From contig AP026133.1 in NCBI GenBank assembly GCA_030295235.1, forward strand, positions 1,240,001-1,304,000: a DNA stretch of 64,000 nt, read 5' to 3'. A model generated the notes under the pieces. The model was given only the letters and a program-made list of their open reading frames with translations, was not told the DNA's origin and searched no databases. How positions within the stretch are numbered: the first letter of the stretch is position 1; the number at the start of each line of letters is the position of its first letter. A program made the translations under genes and the position numbers. This document shows positions 25,360 to 37,952 of this stretch, in pieces. This DNA is from Fistulifera solaris. Lineage: Eukaryota.

Positions 25360-25583
25360 TGCCGTGCCCTCACGATAAGGACAATTCGCGAAATGAAAAT
25401 TGTAAGCTAAAGGTGAGTTACTCTATTTGACGAGCGGATCCAGGAGGATCCGCTAGGAACAATGAAGATTCATGCAAGTCTGGAACCTTCGCTTGTTCCC
25501 GTGCTTCCAAGACTAATACGTAGAGATGACGTCAGCAACTCATGGAGACAGAAAAGGTTAGGGATGAGCCGTAGGCCAGCGCA
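25360..25583 (-). repeat. 3' LTR (224 bp)
   Basis: Identical to 30151-30372 except two single-C indels. Confidence 0.95.
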
Positions 25584-25650
25584 TACTGCCTCTCAAGGGG
25601 GGTCTGAGATGAAACGGGAGCAGAGGAACCTTGTAAATAGGAGAAAACCT

Positions 25651-28600
25651 CTACTGTCGATATGGTTTGACGCGACGAATGGAAATTCGTTCGATCGTGA
25701 AGGCATTTCGTCGAATGCTGATGGTACCATTGGTATGGACTTGGACAATCGTAAATGGTCCGTACGCACGAGGCGCAAGTTTAGAAGGATTGTCGGCTAA
25801 TTTTAGCACTTTATCACCAATACGATAATCGTACGAAAATCTTTTGCGATTAGCTAGAATCATACGCTTGTCAATAAGTTGTTGACGATGTTGTTGGATA
25901 TTAATCCAATCTGCAACGACCGGTAGGTCGAGAAGCATGTCCCGGCCAAAAACAAGTGACCCAGGTGTTGCTTTTAAACCGCTGTGCAACGAAGCGCGTA
26001 TTGCATACATGCAATTGGCCAAGGCAGTGTCGACCATTTGTTTACCACTGGTAATGCCTGTGGAAGTGGCTAAGCGCGTCATGGTGCGAAGGGTGTTACC
26101 GACGACCTGATGCATGCGCTCACAAATTGAATTCCCTTGGGGATTTTTTGACCGTAGTAGGACGTGGAGTGATATGATTTTCCGCAAGTAGTGTTTGAAA
26201 ACCGTTACCGGTAAATTCAGTACCGTTGTCGTAAGTAACACTTACTGGTTTTGGATAGCGTGATAACCACACGTTATTGAATTGCATAGCAACGTGGTCT
26301 GACGTTTTATTGTCGAGTCGGACGAGCTCCGTCAGATGTGTGACTGGGTCGATCATTGTCAACGCAATAAATGTTTCATCGTAACCATGAAGATTGAGAG
26401 TCCACGGACCAATCAGGTCAACGTGAACTTCACGCCATGGATGGGCGGAGGCTTCGCGGGGCGCAGTTTCGCCATAGCCACGGGAAGGCGGTTTAGCCAT
26501 TTGGCATTCGTCACACTTGGCAACAATTTGCTCGATGACATCACGAAGTTTCGTGTTGTACAAGTGGATGCCGATGGTGTCTTCAAGACGCCGCTGGCCA
26601 AGATGACCAAGAGTGTGATGATACCACTCGACTGCCGGACGAAGTAATTCGTCTGGAAGGTAAACCTTCCAAGGTTCTGAGGGTGCTGGGATGTAGCAGC
26701 AGAGCTCGAGGTCAGGGGCAAGTTGATTCATCAGAAATTTTTCTGGATGTTTTTCGCGCAGAAGGTTTAGCCGGGCGTCCCTCAGCTGTGCTTCGCGGAT
26801 TGTTCGGTAGTCGACTACGAACGGAACCACCTCGGTGGGTGGTAGGTTGACAAAACAATCTAAAAGATCAGAGTCGTCAAGTGCCATGGAACTTTGTGTG
26901 TCTCGCGCAGGCAAGTCTGCGCCGGAACCGGGATTTTTGTTTTCATCGAATGAAAGCCGTGACAATGCATCAGCAAGAGGGTTATCAATGCCCTTTATGT
27001 GATAGAGTTTGATACCAAACTCTTCCAAGCAGAGTCCCCAGCGAATTACTCGCTGGGATTGTGTTGACAAATCGGAAGAACCGACGTTGTTGAGGTGGTC
27101 TGTATAGACATGGAGGTCAGGGCAACCGTAGAGCATAGTTTTAAATTCTTTAAGAACTTCAACAACTGATAGTAACTCTTTTTCACCAACGGTGTAGTTG
27201 CGTTGAGCTGCATTGAGCTTCTTTGACCAGTAGGCGACTGGAGCGCCTTCTTGCATGATAACAGCACCCATTTGGGTGTCGCTGGCATCTGTATAGATGT
27301 GAAATGGTTTGTTATGATCCGGGTATCGGAGGAATGCATCTTTGGCGAGAAGAGCTTTTATCTGCGCGAATGATTTGTTTATTGCTTCTGTCCAGATGAG
27401 TTTTGCGTTACCGCTAGAAACAGCAGTTAATGGAGCCAGAACTCCAGAGCGTTGTCGCCACATGTCGCGATAAAAGTTTACCGCGCCGAGGAAAGAGCGG
27501 AGTGCTTTCTTTGTTTTTGGATTGTTGATCGCGAGGATCGCATTGATTTTCTTACGCCAAGGCTTGAGCCCTGTCGGAGTAAGCCAGTAACCTAGCCAGT
27601 CGGTTTCTTGAACCCCCCACTCACATTTGAGTGGATTCACAGTGAAGTTATTATCTTGTAAGATAGTTAAGACTTTATCAAGCGATTTGATATGATCAGT
27701 CCAGGAATTGGAAAAGCAGCCTACATCGTCGATGTAGCAGTTGACTTCGTCGAGTTGACGGAAGAGATCTTCCATGACTTCTTGAGCGATGTCAGGGGCC
27801 ATTGATATGCCCATCGGTAGACGATTATATCTATAGTTGCCGAAAGGCGTGCAGATGACGCAAAGGTCCTTGCTTTCTTCGGTGAGTTCGAAGGTGTAGT
27901 AATGCATCGAGACATCAATTTTGGAGAAAAAAAAACTGTAGCCCGATCGTTGCGACAAAATGTCGGTTATTTTTGGGATAGGATAAACCTTTCGTTTAAT
28001 AACTTTATTAAGTTCTCTGAAATCAGAAATCCAGCGAACGCGACCGTCCTTTTGGTATAATAAAGGATGGAGCGAGCCATTCGTTTGCTCCGCAAGGAGA
28101 CAAGACGCCAATTTGGACGAGCCGTTCGATTTCGGCTTTGAACGTTTTCAAATGATAACGAGAAACACCGTAAGGTCGTTTTGCGACGGGTGTTGCGCCG
28201 GGTTGGAGTTCGAGATGAACTTTTTTGCGATGATATTTACCGAGCTGTCCGGAGAAAAGCTTTTTATATTTTGAAAATAGTTGCGCGAGGTCCTGCCTCT
28301 GTGATGGTGTGAGATGTTTCTGTTGCAAAGCAACGGAAGTCGGATCGACTGATTCGTATTTAGATTCAAGAATATCTTTGGATTTATATCCTGCCTCTCG
28401 GGCAATCTGTTCACGAAAGGTGAGGCGATCGTTAAAGGATCATCGGCGTGTTCGGAAACAAACGACGCGGAGGGTTGATTTGCGAAATAATCGGCAGGCC
28501 GAAATGGAATCATTTCGTCGAGCCATCGCACAGTGAGAGTAGAACTCAAAATGTCTATACCCAATGGGATAAGAACGTCATTACCTAGAATGATATCGTA

Positions 28601-29446
28601 GATAGAAGTATCATTATTGAATACTGTGGCTTTGATATTGCCGTTTATCTTCAACGAAGTTGAGAATTCAGGAAGCATCATTTCTGATAAAATGACTTCG
28701 TGGCGATGTACTTCAGTACCGTGAATGCCTTGGACTTTACGTCCGGGGACCGTAGTTGGTTGAGTACCCTTAGGTAAAGCGCGACGGTTGATAAATGTTT
28801 TATCGGAACCTGAGTCAAAAAGAATTCGAAGAATTCGCTGATTCGGTAGATTTTGAATTGTTTTACAATACATAGTGGTGATTGGACGGACAGTCGTTGA
28901 GATGTAGTTGATACTACCAGTGTTAGGCATTAGACTAATGTCGGAAGTACCCGAATGGTACATTGCGTCACATAGTGCAGCGAAGTCCGGGTGGACCTTT
29001 TTGTCATTTTCCTCGCTAGGAGGCGGAGCCATTTGATTGGCTGAGGAATAGGACAGAAAAATTTGTTCACTCGAGGTGAGGAAAGCATGCTCATTCGACG
29101 ACACGTCTGAAAGGCTGGTGATGATATGCGCGCCGAAATCGGCTGCATTGGAGTAAGTTGATCCATAAGGGTCGATAAAGACTCGTTGGTCGATTGATGA
29201 GGCGTGGATAACATCGTTATCGCGAGGGATGAATGACGATTCCCACGTTGAGGTGGCGATGTCCCAACCAGTTAATCTGGCCACGACATGCGCCGTGTCG
29301 GTCGCAACGTTTGTTGCATTAATGAAATTATTGGACAAAAACGTTCCATGAATATCCACTAATGTGGAGGGAGGGGCATTATTATGCTGATGCGCGACGT
29401 TATTGTTCGATGCTCGCGACTGAGTTGCAAACGAAGCTGTCGACAA
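25651..29446 (-). CDS. Ty3/Gypsy pol (protease, RT, RNase H, integrase), split by apparent frameshifts
   Basis: PR LFDSGS; RT SDFRELN, YNRLPMG, YIDD; RH YTDAS, EKELL, YTDH, ADALSR; IN HH..LGH...C..C, VDLIGP, YDNGTEF, NPQGNSICER; GPF motif; no chromodomain before the stop. Breaks at ~28350, ~28050 and ~26148. Confidence 0.92.
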
Positions 29447-30102
29447 TGCGATTTTTGTCGAATCGCGTCGACTCGTTTTCTTTTAACATTGTTAAAGTTG
29501 TGCCCTTTAAGGTGCTTTTTAGTTCGAATAATATTCTTTTGATTTTTGTGTTTATTTTTATATTTGTTTGTAAGTTTACGGTGACCGTGTTTTGCTTTTG
29601 ATTTGAAACGAAGTTTGTGATGATGCGGTTCTGTCGCGAGAACGGATGAACAAGGAGAAAAATACTCCGCAATGAAGCAATCAATAGTGTTGTTGAACGA
29701 TTCAACGGATGTTGAGGGCTGGTTGTCCACAATGGAATGCCAAGTGCGATTGAGGTTCGGCGGAACCAGAGTGCGAGGAAAGACCTCGAAAAGCGCCGAT
29801 CCAATGGATGCGACTGGAACAACGGACGTGATAGTCGCAGAAATTCGATTGATGTGATCCATCAAGGTGTCAGAATTGACTGGTTGGTCCATAATAAGAG
29901 GAAATTCGCGTTCATAGGACGTCTTGTTGATTGTGAACCGAATGTTCTGGGTGATCTCCATCGGGGAGGCGTCGTCGTGAAGACTGTTGTTGATGTTTGG
30001 TACATGTTCAAAGAACGATGTGTTCATTGTAGAACCGTTGTTGGTCTGTGAAAGACTTTCTTTGTTTATGCTGTTCATCGCGGAACGGGGGATATTTCTC
30101 AT
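29359..30102 (-). CDS. Gag-position ORF of the retrotransposon (short, basic C-terminus)
   Basis: Lies between the 5' LTR and pol; no CCHC knuckle recognised. Confidence 0.55.
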   Translation of the reverse strand: MRNIPRSAMNSINKESLSQTNNGSTMNTSFFEHVPNINNSLHDDASPMEITQNIRFTINKTSYEREFPLIMDQPVNSDTLMDHINRISATITSVVPVASIGSALFEVFPRTLVPPNLNRTWHSIVDNQPSTSVESFNNTIDCFIAEYFSPCSSVLATEPHHHKLRFKSKAKHGHRKLTNKYKNKHKNQKNIIRTKKHLKGHNFNNVKRKRVDAIRQKSHCRQLRLQLSREHRTITSRISIIMPLPPH

Positions 30103-30150
30103 GTTAGAGATGAATGTTTTGAAAAAAAAAATTTCAGCGAGTGATCACTA

Positions 30151-30372
30151 TGCCGTGCCCTACGATAAGGACAATTGCGAAATGAAAATTGTAAGCTAAA
30201 GGTGAGTTACTCTATTTGACGAGCGGATCCAGGAGGATCCGCTAGGAACAATGAAGATTCATGCAAGTCTGGAACCTTCGCTTGTTCCCGTGCTTCCAAG
30301 ACTAATACGTAGAGATGACGTCAGCAACTCATGGAGACAGAAAAGGTTAGGGATGAGCCGTAGGCCAGCGCA
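30151..30372 (-). repeat. 5' LTR (222 bp)
   Basis: Direct repeat of 25360-25583. Confidence 0.95.
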
Positions 30373-31237
30373 CTCAATATAGAAGACCTAAAAACTAAAA
30401 ACAGCACAGAGCGAAGTCTCTACATAAAACAAAGTACAAGAGAATGCGAAATGAGAAGTCGCGTCAAGCGCTGACCTTATGTGTTTCGTGGTACTTTACA
30501 CTATCAAAATATTTATGTGCAACAGATGTCAGAAAACCTTTAAGCATTGTTAGCTCTTCTTTCTACTTTTTTACTACAGAGTATTACCTGGCATATGAGA
30601 ATATTCAATATGCCGTTTCTTTTTCTACGATTAGTGGGCTTAAGGTCAACTGTCAACTACTTTTGTTTTTTGTTAATCTTACAGAGTAGCATATAGCCAT
30701 ATAGACTAATTCTTGGTTTGTTTGTACTCCGTAGATGAAAGAAGCTCGTAGCTCGTAGCTCGAGCCTCGTGCTCGTGCCTGCTCTCTGCTCTCTCCTCTA
30801 AGGACTTATAAATTTACTCCCCTCTACCCTCTACTGGTACTTCACGTACCAGTACTTTGTATTGTGCCTCGCATCGTGCCTCGTACATGATAAGCAGGAT
30901 GAAGACTCCTCTCTCTCAGAGAGACTATTTCTCGCGTCAGAAAAGAAAAAAGTGGTGTATTGTAAAAGTTTTTGTTGCTTGTTGCTATTTGCGAGCCTCT
31001 CTATTTGCTATTTGCATTCATTGACAACTTCCGTCATTTCTCGTTCAATTCATGTTTCAAAATATCTTGGAAACCGCTCCCCATCATGTCGAAGACCATC
31101 AAAGAAACGGACAGCTACCGGCACGAATCAAACTGATCGTTTAATCGGGTCGAATAAAAATACATGTGCTGACTTCATAAATTTTAATTACGACAGACCA
31201 ATCATCACAAAAGGGCGAAAGAAGCTCGAATAACGCC

Positions 31238-31951
31238 ATGATTCCCTTGCGCAAACAAGTCATTGACGCCTATCTTGGTTCCACCGACTTCCGTGGTTGT
31301 CAAGACATTTCCAGTATTCATTTACAATATGAGGAAGACCATTCGGGGAAAATGATTGCTCATGTTGAAGCCAAAATTCCTGCTTCTACCACCAATCAGC
31401 GCGACTATGACATCTCTGTTCGGATCCACCCTCAAGGAAATTCAATCTACAGCTCGTCCTGCACGTGCCCCATTCTAGGCAAATGCAAGCACATTCACAA
31501 AGTGCTTTATCGGATACGTCAATCGCGCGAGATTCCTATTCCTCCTCCAAGTGCTCAGCATTTGGAACGTGTCGCTCGTCGCGAACGGCTCGCCGATCAG
31601 ATGGAGCATGCCTCTGTTTATATCGCCTTTGCGTGCAAATCGGAACTGGATAGTGGAAGCGATTACTACCGCTCCCAATTTGTTCGAGATAAGTATGATC
31701 AGGAAGTGTTGGGAGTATTCTTTTCCTTGAAAGAAGCCAACCTCCGCGCCAAAAAGTATGTTCGGGAGGATTTGGGTCATGAGGTCGATGATGATGATGA
31801 AGAAGAAGACGATGAAGAAGATGACGATTATGGCGAGGATGAATTTGATTGGGACGATGAAGATTTTGGTCCTGATGATAGCAATGAGTACAATAAAGTT
31901 TGGGTCGATCGGTTCGCGATTGAAAATGCTTCGCGTCACTTTCATACGTGA
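31238..31951 (+). CDS. SWIM zinc-finger protein with acidic C-terminal region
   Basis: YDISVRI...SSSCTCPILGKCKHIHKVL (CxCxnCxH). Confidence 0.75.
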   Translation: MIPLRKQVIDAYLGSTDFRGCQDISSIHLQYEEDHSGKMIAHVEAKIPASTTNQRDYDISVRIHPQGNSIYSSSCTCPILGKCKHIHKVLYRIRQSREIPIPPPSAQHLERVARRERLADQMEHASVYIAFACKSELDSGSDYYRSQFVRDKYDQEVLGVFFSLKEANLRAKKYVREDLGHEVDDDDEEEDDEEDDDYGEDEFDWDDEDFGPDDSNEYNKVWVDRFAIENASRHFHT

Positions 31952-32233
31952 AAGGTTTATGAAGAGAATGCATGTAGGGAACGAAAAGTTAAGAACGTTT
32001 GTGTCAAGCTTTCTAAGTCTAATATGGACGTATAGGTGATTACTGCTGCGTATCTGTTGCATCATTACTTTGCAGAGTGTTTCAAATTAATATCTTGGTA
32101 GCCTGCGACACCCCTTCTGCCTGTTCGTAGAGATGACTTGCATCGTCATGAAGGGAGGGGTCACACTTTTCTATTACTCCGTATCTTTGTTCATAGTGTC
32201 TATGTTTGCTTCTATTGCCTTGATACGCTGCCA

Positions 32234-32920
32234 TTAGACTCGTTGGACTGTTGATTGCTCCAAAGGCGATTCATCCAGGCTACCCGTACGTTGCGATCGC
32301 CGTGGTGGTGTCGCCGACGCTCGTTCGACGGTGGAAGGTCGTTGTTGTTCAGCTGTTTCTCTTCGTTGATGTTTTATTTCGACGATTTCATTTGTAGCAC
32401 GGATGAGACTCGCTCTCGAATGACCGTTAGTTCTCAGCCATCCTTCTCTTGTTTTTGCAGACACTCGTCGCGGTGCTGCCGGCGCACCACGTAGCTCCTC
32501 AAATTCTTCTACAGAACAAAATCGATCGGATAGTACAGGATTCCATGCGAGGGTCATGGGTGCTCCTTTCGAACAAGAAGGATTCTTTTCAGGGGAAACA
32601 AAATGAGCCGTCAGAGAGACAATGAGTTTAAAAACCATGAGAAGGTGACCGATTTGAAGGATGGCTCTACTCAATCAAGTACCGGTACTTACATCTCCAA
32701 GAACGACTTTGTGCGTTTGCACACGAACCGACCCAAATCGAACGCGTCCTCCAATTCTTTCATTCGCAAGAGTAATGGCTTCCAGAATATCAGCAGAGTT
32801 CTCTGAGTTATCGGAAAATTCAAAGTCCTCCACATCCAGGTCGTTCCAGGCATCAGCCAGAGACACGAAACTCTCGACTGTCGTTTCTCTTTTCGGTCGC
32901 ATTCTCTCTATTCGCTCCAT
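32234..32920 (-). CDS. Paralog of 24663-25194; intron 32585-32692
   Basis: RVRFGSVRVQTHKVVLGD^NPSCSKGAPMTLAW...SDRFCSVEEFE; GTAAG...AAG intron at the same codon position as the paralog. Confidence 0.75.
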
Positions 32921-33543
32921 TCTTTATAACGTTGATTGGAGAGTCGCTTTTTTGCTACTACTAGGGATCTCTTGACTCAATTTTGAAATCGTCTTTTTGT
33001 TTTTTCTTACTGACTTGATAAAGGTTTTCGTTTTACTGGATTTGCAACGCAACGACATCATTATCTCTTGGTGCTCCATCACTTCCCCAAACCTACATGC
33101 TTGCTACCAGGTAATGGTACTTGTCCCTGTAAAAGCTTCCGCGCTGCGAAGTCACCAGTCACCAGTCACCAGTCACCATTACAGTAATTAGCTTGATTGA
33201 CGCTTGACGCATTGTACAGAATGTGAATGAATAATGACTGCCCTACTGGTAGCTTGTTTCTAACTCTCATGCGCATCGGTATTCAGTCTTCAAGTCAAAT
33301 TAATCGTTACGTACGTAGTAGTCACACCTGTTTCGCATCTCTTTCAGTACCGCGCAATCAGTACTCTTGGAAAACACTGAACAGTAAACCCGACACCCAA
33401 AGCGACACGCGACACCCGACTCAAAACACTTGATTTGTTTTAAAATGTGCAGATCGAAAAGGCGAAAGGTGGAAAAACGATCATCGTTGGTCATAATAAA
33501 TATCCTCCACAATCCTGTCTCCCGTCGAAACATTTTAGAAATC

Positions 33544-34422
33544 ATGGCAGTAGAACCGTTCGGATTCACGGCTGTGTCGATTGGACTCGCTGTCGCGGTT
33601 CTATTGTCGTGGAGATCGAGACGAAAACGTACCTTGTCGAAATCGGGGGCTGTGGCTGGGTTTACCGTCGGTCTTGCTCTTGTTTCTACCGGCATGAGAG
33701 GATTAATACTCTTTTATTTCTATCAACTGGGAACTTGGGCTACGAAATATAAATTGCAACAAAAAATGAAATTAGACGAAACAGTTGAGCAAGGATCCGA
33801 ACGAGGAGCAACACAAGTTTTGTGTGTGAGCATCATTGCACTTTCGTTGTCACTGATTCACGCCATTTACTGCGGACCGGAGCTTTCTATCGACTTTTCA
33901 TTATCCAAGAATCAATCGTTGGCGAGTCATTTGACATGTGGTATCCTTGCGCACCACGCAACTAGTTTGGCGGATACACTAGCCAGCGAAATGGGGATAA
34001 TGGCAAACAAATCGCCATTTCTGATCACTCAACCATGGAAACGAGTTCCCCCAGGAACCAATGGTGGAGTAACTATCACCGGGCTGCTTTGGAGTCTTGT
34101 GGGAGGACTTTTGATTGGCATTTTGTACGTTATCACCGACTGGGTGGGAGGAACGCTACCGGTGCATCCTATTGCTACTATATCCTTTGCCTCCGTTTGC
34201 GGATTGCTCGGATCGGTACTCGATTCTTTCCTAGGAGCGGTTGCTCAAGCCACTTATTTTGACACGCAGATAAAGAAAGTCGTTCATACGAGTCGCGGAG
34301 GTATTGCCATTCAACTTATTTCTGGCACGAATCTACTGACGAATGAACAAGTGAACCTGGTCAGTACAGCTCTTACCACGTTTTTGGGAGGTTGGGTGCT
34401 GGCTCCGATTTTCTTTTCGTAG
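33544..34422 (+). CDS. TMEM19: TMEM19/DUF92 family membrane protein
   Basis: LSKSGAVAGF.VG, RGATQVL, ADTLASEMG, VPPGTNGGVT..G, GSVLDSFLGA..Q, LTNEQVN. Confidence 0.85.
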   Translation: MAVEPFGFTAVSIGLAVAVLLSWRSRRKRTLSKSGAVAGFTVGLALVSTGMRGLILFYFYQLGTWATKYKLQQKMKLDETVEQGSERGATQVLCVSIIALSLSLIHAIYCGPELSIDFSLSKNQSLASHLTCGILAHHATSLADTLASEMGIMANKSPFLITQPWKRVPPGTNGGVTITGLLWSLVGGLLIGILYVITDWVGGTLPVHPIATISFASVCGLLGSVLDSFLGAVAQATYFDTQIKKVVHTSRGGIAIQLISGTNLLTNEQVNLVSTALTTFLGGWVLAPIFFS

Positions 34423-34660
34423 AAAATTGTCAAATCATCGTTTCACCAAAATAGCAACAAAAATTCATCAGCCGATGCCACGGAACAACGAAAACTATCA
34501 GGAATGAGCATGATGCTCAGTGCAAATGATTGCCTGATTTTTTCGTGCTGATTTACATTGCATGGGTACCAAATAACTCAAAACTGTTATACGGGTGTCA
34601 ATGTGACTTAAAGTCACAGAAAGATAACAATTTGGGTCTTTAAGCGACGCAACGGGGTTA

Positions 34661-34949
34661 ATTGATGCAATACTGCTTATTTGCGGGACAATTGGTGATA
34701 AGTTGATATGGACACGATGCTCCAGCACGAAGAGGGAGACGAATGGAAACTGGGGGAGAAAGTCAACTACTAACGTCAGACCTAGCCAAAACGTATTGAT
34801 GCAATACTTTGTATACGCTTATTTGCGGGACAACTACACTTTGTAGTACACTTTGTAGTGATAATTTGATATGGACACGATGCTTCAGCAGTAAAAGGAA
34901 GACGAATGGGATGGAGTAGAAGGTCAACTACTAAACTACTAACGTCAGA
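34661..34949. repeat. Degenerate intergenic tandem duplication (~120 bp vs ~155 bp)
   Basis: ATTGATGCAATACT..GCTTATTTGCGGGACAA..TGATATGGACACGATGCT.CAGCA..GACGAATGG..CTACTAACGTCAGA occurs at 34661-34780 and 34795-34949. Confidence 0.85.
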
Positions 34950-34992
34950 TATATCCATATCGCCTAAGTAAAGCAATGCTTGCTACTCCTTA

Positions 34993-36022
34993 TTATGTTT
35001 GTTCTGTATGAAACTGAAGCTTCGAGCAGCCACAATATTTTGAATTATGAAATACCGTCGAATCGTCATGAGCAAGCATCTGTTTTGCGAAGACGTCTTG
35101 GTTTTCCGACAAGAGAAAGTGAACGCGTTCTGTAGAGCTTGAATGGTTAGCCAAAGCTGCGACAAGCAAAAGGGAGCGGATCCTTTCATTGCTAACTTGT
35201 TGCATAAGCCCGAATCGACAAAAATGGACATAATCTTGCCATTTTTCTACTTCAGTCTTCAAGCATCTAATACCGGTATCAAACACAATGAGAGAAGGAT
35301 TGTTTCGGTACCAAATGTTGAATTGATCGGAGTGTCTAACTGGTGGCGGATCCAGGTTCACAGGCGGCGGAAAAAAGTTTTCGAAGACGAGGGTGCTCCG
35401 CAGCGGCGTTCAAAATTCCCATTGAATGAAATTCAAATGTGTCGTCCTTACAATCAACGCCCAATGTTTCGAGGCTTGTATTGGCGTGCAGCATATTGAT
35501 CATGTATTCATCAAAGACATTGCAGCAATAGGACTGTCAGAAATTACTGCCTGAAAGCGTAGATCTTTCAGACGACACTCGGTAAAAAGACAACGCATTA
35601 AATCGATCCCGAAACGTAAACTCGTTGTACTCCCCGTACACGCGATCCGACCGAGAAAAATGCAAGTCAAGATTATGCGCTCTCATTGTACCATTTCGGA
35701 TAGCTTCATTAATAGCGTCGAGTTGACCTTCTTCCACAGAAAGGCGGCAGACATTGTCAAGGTCGCCGATCCAAAGACGTCGTAGTCGTTCAACGCTGCG
35801 TAAGAATGGATCAAGGGTCTTCATGCGATGCAATTTTTTCAAGCGGATATCGCCTTTTTTTATAACACGCTTGATGCGAGTGCTCATGATTGATGTTCTT
35901 CTTGACTTGTTGCGAACTAAAGAAGAAGATCTACTGGCCTGTGAAGGAATGATGATGATGGTGCGCGAGGTGATCGTTGATCGTCCTCCCGCACGCCGCA
36001 GGGGCGGGGGAAGTGTGGCCAT
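34993..36022 (-). pseudogene. RNI-like/LRR-related diatom family protein, disrupted
   Basis: ORF 35537-36046 continues past a TGA as ...INMLHANTSLETLGVD...AAAEHPRLRKL, then shifts at a T-run into ORF 34993-35361 (NNPSL...LLLVAALA...HFLLSENQD). Confidence 0.45.
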
Positions 36023-36552
36023 GTTATAGGTCCTTGAGTGTGGCATGTCTTTGTATTCACGCCGACGCGCGTTTAATTAACATGCGCGTATGAATAAACT
36101 ATTGAAGAGTATCTGGAATTACGTAGTACTGGTATGGATTCCGCAGAAAACAAGCGGTTGTAGATGGCAGTGGAAGCCGAAGAAAAATGCAAATGAACGT
36201 CAAATTTGCATTCTGACTTGAGGAAATTACTACTAGGAATTAGGAATAAATATCAGTATAGTCTTACTCGTATTAATTGACTGTACAAGTACCTGTAATC
36301 ATCTTCTGTAATGCTTCGTAAATACGAAGTAGATAAATAAGGTTACGGTTAGTACGTCTGTCCTCCACTCCTTCTCCTGCCATCCATCATTCATTTTGCA
36401 ACAACCAACCATACTGGTACCAGTAAGTTCATCGACACAGAAAAAAAAGCAAACGAATGCACCGACAAATAATAATAATCTCTTCTGCAATCCTAAACTA
36501 TCGATTCAAGTTGTTGTGAATAATTCTTTCCTCTTTCTTTTACAGAATCATC

Positions 36553-37491
36553 ATGCAGCACGATGAGATGATATGGCAGGTCATCAACCACCAATTTTGT
36601 TCATACAAAACCACCATTGGGAAAGCCCTTTCCGACAAGACCCATTTCTGTCGGCATCCCTATTCGGTGACGGGTCTTTGCAATCGCACCAGTTGCCCTC
36701 TGGCGAATTCGAAATATGCTACAATTCGTGAGGAAGAAGGAAAAATCAGTCTGTACATCAAGACTGTAGAACGAGCGCATTCCCCCAAGAATCTTTGGGA
36801 ACGCATCACTTTATCACGGAACTACAGCAAAGCCCTCGCGCAAATCGACGAACATTTAGCGTACTTTCCCAAAGTATTGATTCATCGCAACAAACAAAGA
36901 TTGACGAAAATACATCAATACTTGATTCGTATGAGAAAGATTGAACTAAAGGCACGGGCCGGTCGGAAAGCCAAGGTGGTCGGTATTCATCGAAAAATTG
37001 AACAAAGAGAAGAACGTCGAGAGAGAAAGGCTTTGATTGCTGCCAAGTTAGAAAAGTCTATCGAGAAAGAGCTGGTACAACGTTTGGCGAAAGGAGCGTA
37101 TGGTGATATTTACAACTTTCCCGAAATGTCGTACAACAAGGCGCTCGATCATGCCGAGGAAGAAGAAGAAGAAGAAGTGGAGGAGGAGACTGAATCAGAA
37201 AGCGAGGAAGAAGAAGATGGTCTTGTTGAATATGTGGAAGACTTGGAGTCTGAAGAAGAGGAAATGGAAGATGACATGGAAGATATGGATTACATGGGAG
37301 ACGGCAAATGGGGTAAAGGAAGTGACGATGATTCGGACGAATCAAACGATAGTAGTTCCGACTCCGATGACGAAAACCCCAAGAAGCCCAAGAAGGAAAA
37401 CAGAAGACGAGGTCCTCGAGTAGAGATTGAGTTCGAGGAGGAGAGAGAAGACGAACAGCAAGAAATGGTGGCCGCAACGAATGATTGGTAG
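36553..37491 (+). CDS. MAK16: 60S ribosome biogenesis protein MAK16
   Basis: [19 protein letters not shown]...[21 protein letters not shown]...[14 protein letters not shown]; acidic tail. Confidence 0.95.
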   Translation: MQHDEMIWQVINHQFCSYKTTIGKALSDKTHFCRHPYSVTGLCNRTSCPLANSKYATIREEEGKISLYIKTVERAHSPKNLWERITLSRNYSKALAQIDEHLAYFPKVLIHRNKQRLTKIHQYLIRMRKIELKARAGRKAKVVGIHRKIEQREERRERKALIAAKLEKSIEKELVQRLAKGAYGDIYNFPEMSYNKALDHAEEEEEEEVEEETESESEEEEDGLVEYVEDLESEEEEMEDDMEDMDYMGDGKWGKGSDDDSDESNDSSSDSDDENPKKPKKENRRRGPRVEIEFEEEREDEQQEMVAATNDW

Positions 37492-37952
37492 TTTTCCTAT
37501 TCAGCTTTTCTAAAACTAAGTGTAATTTTTCTAAATTTGATTTGCTACTTATGCTTTAGGCTTTTCATGGTTGTATTCATTTGATAGGTTTTTCATCGGA
37601 TCCAGAGTTAGGCGCAAGGAGTTACAGTTTTACAGGCGACGATCTCGTGTCCCGTCTATTAGCTCGTCGAAATCGAAGAATCCGTTAGTGCTTCTACGAC
37701 ACGATTACATTTTGTAAGTAATTTTCTGAGCTTCACCCGGTACCGTACTTTTGGATACGCACGCGCACGCGTGCTAAGACGATGATGAGCAATGCGCGGC
37801 TCGGCTGTCGGCAATCCGCAAACACAAACAAAACAAGAAACAAGGCATTTATCACTATAACTTGTTGTGGATTCAGGTCTCGTGTGCTTTCCCTATTGTT
37901 TTCACGACAGTTGAGGAAAAAGGAGCCCTCTGAACGGCAAGCTTAACGAGAA

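Larger units (their letters stand above)
25360..30372 (-). mobile_element. Ty3/Gypsy LTR retrotransposon, 5,013 bp
   Basis: TG...CA LTRs at both ends; flanks CTCCA/CTCAA (5-bp TSD, 1 mismatch); domain order PR-RT-RH-IN. Confidence 0.95.

Noticed and set aside
29359..29480. Programmed -1 gag-pol frameshift
   Set aside because: The frames overlap, but I found no in-frame slippery heptamer and the assembly has many indels
31238..31951. SWIM gene as a MULE transposase fragment
   Set aside because: No DDE domain, TIRs or TSD seen around it
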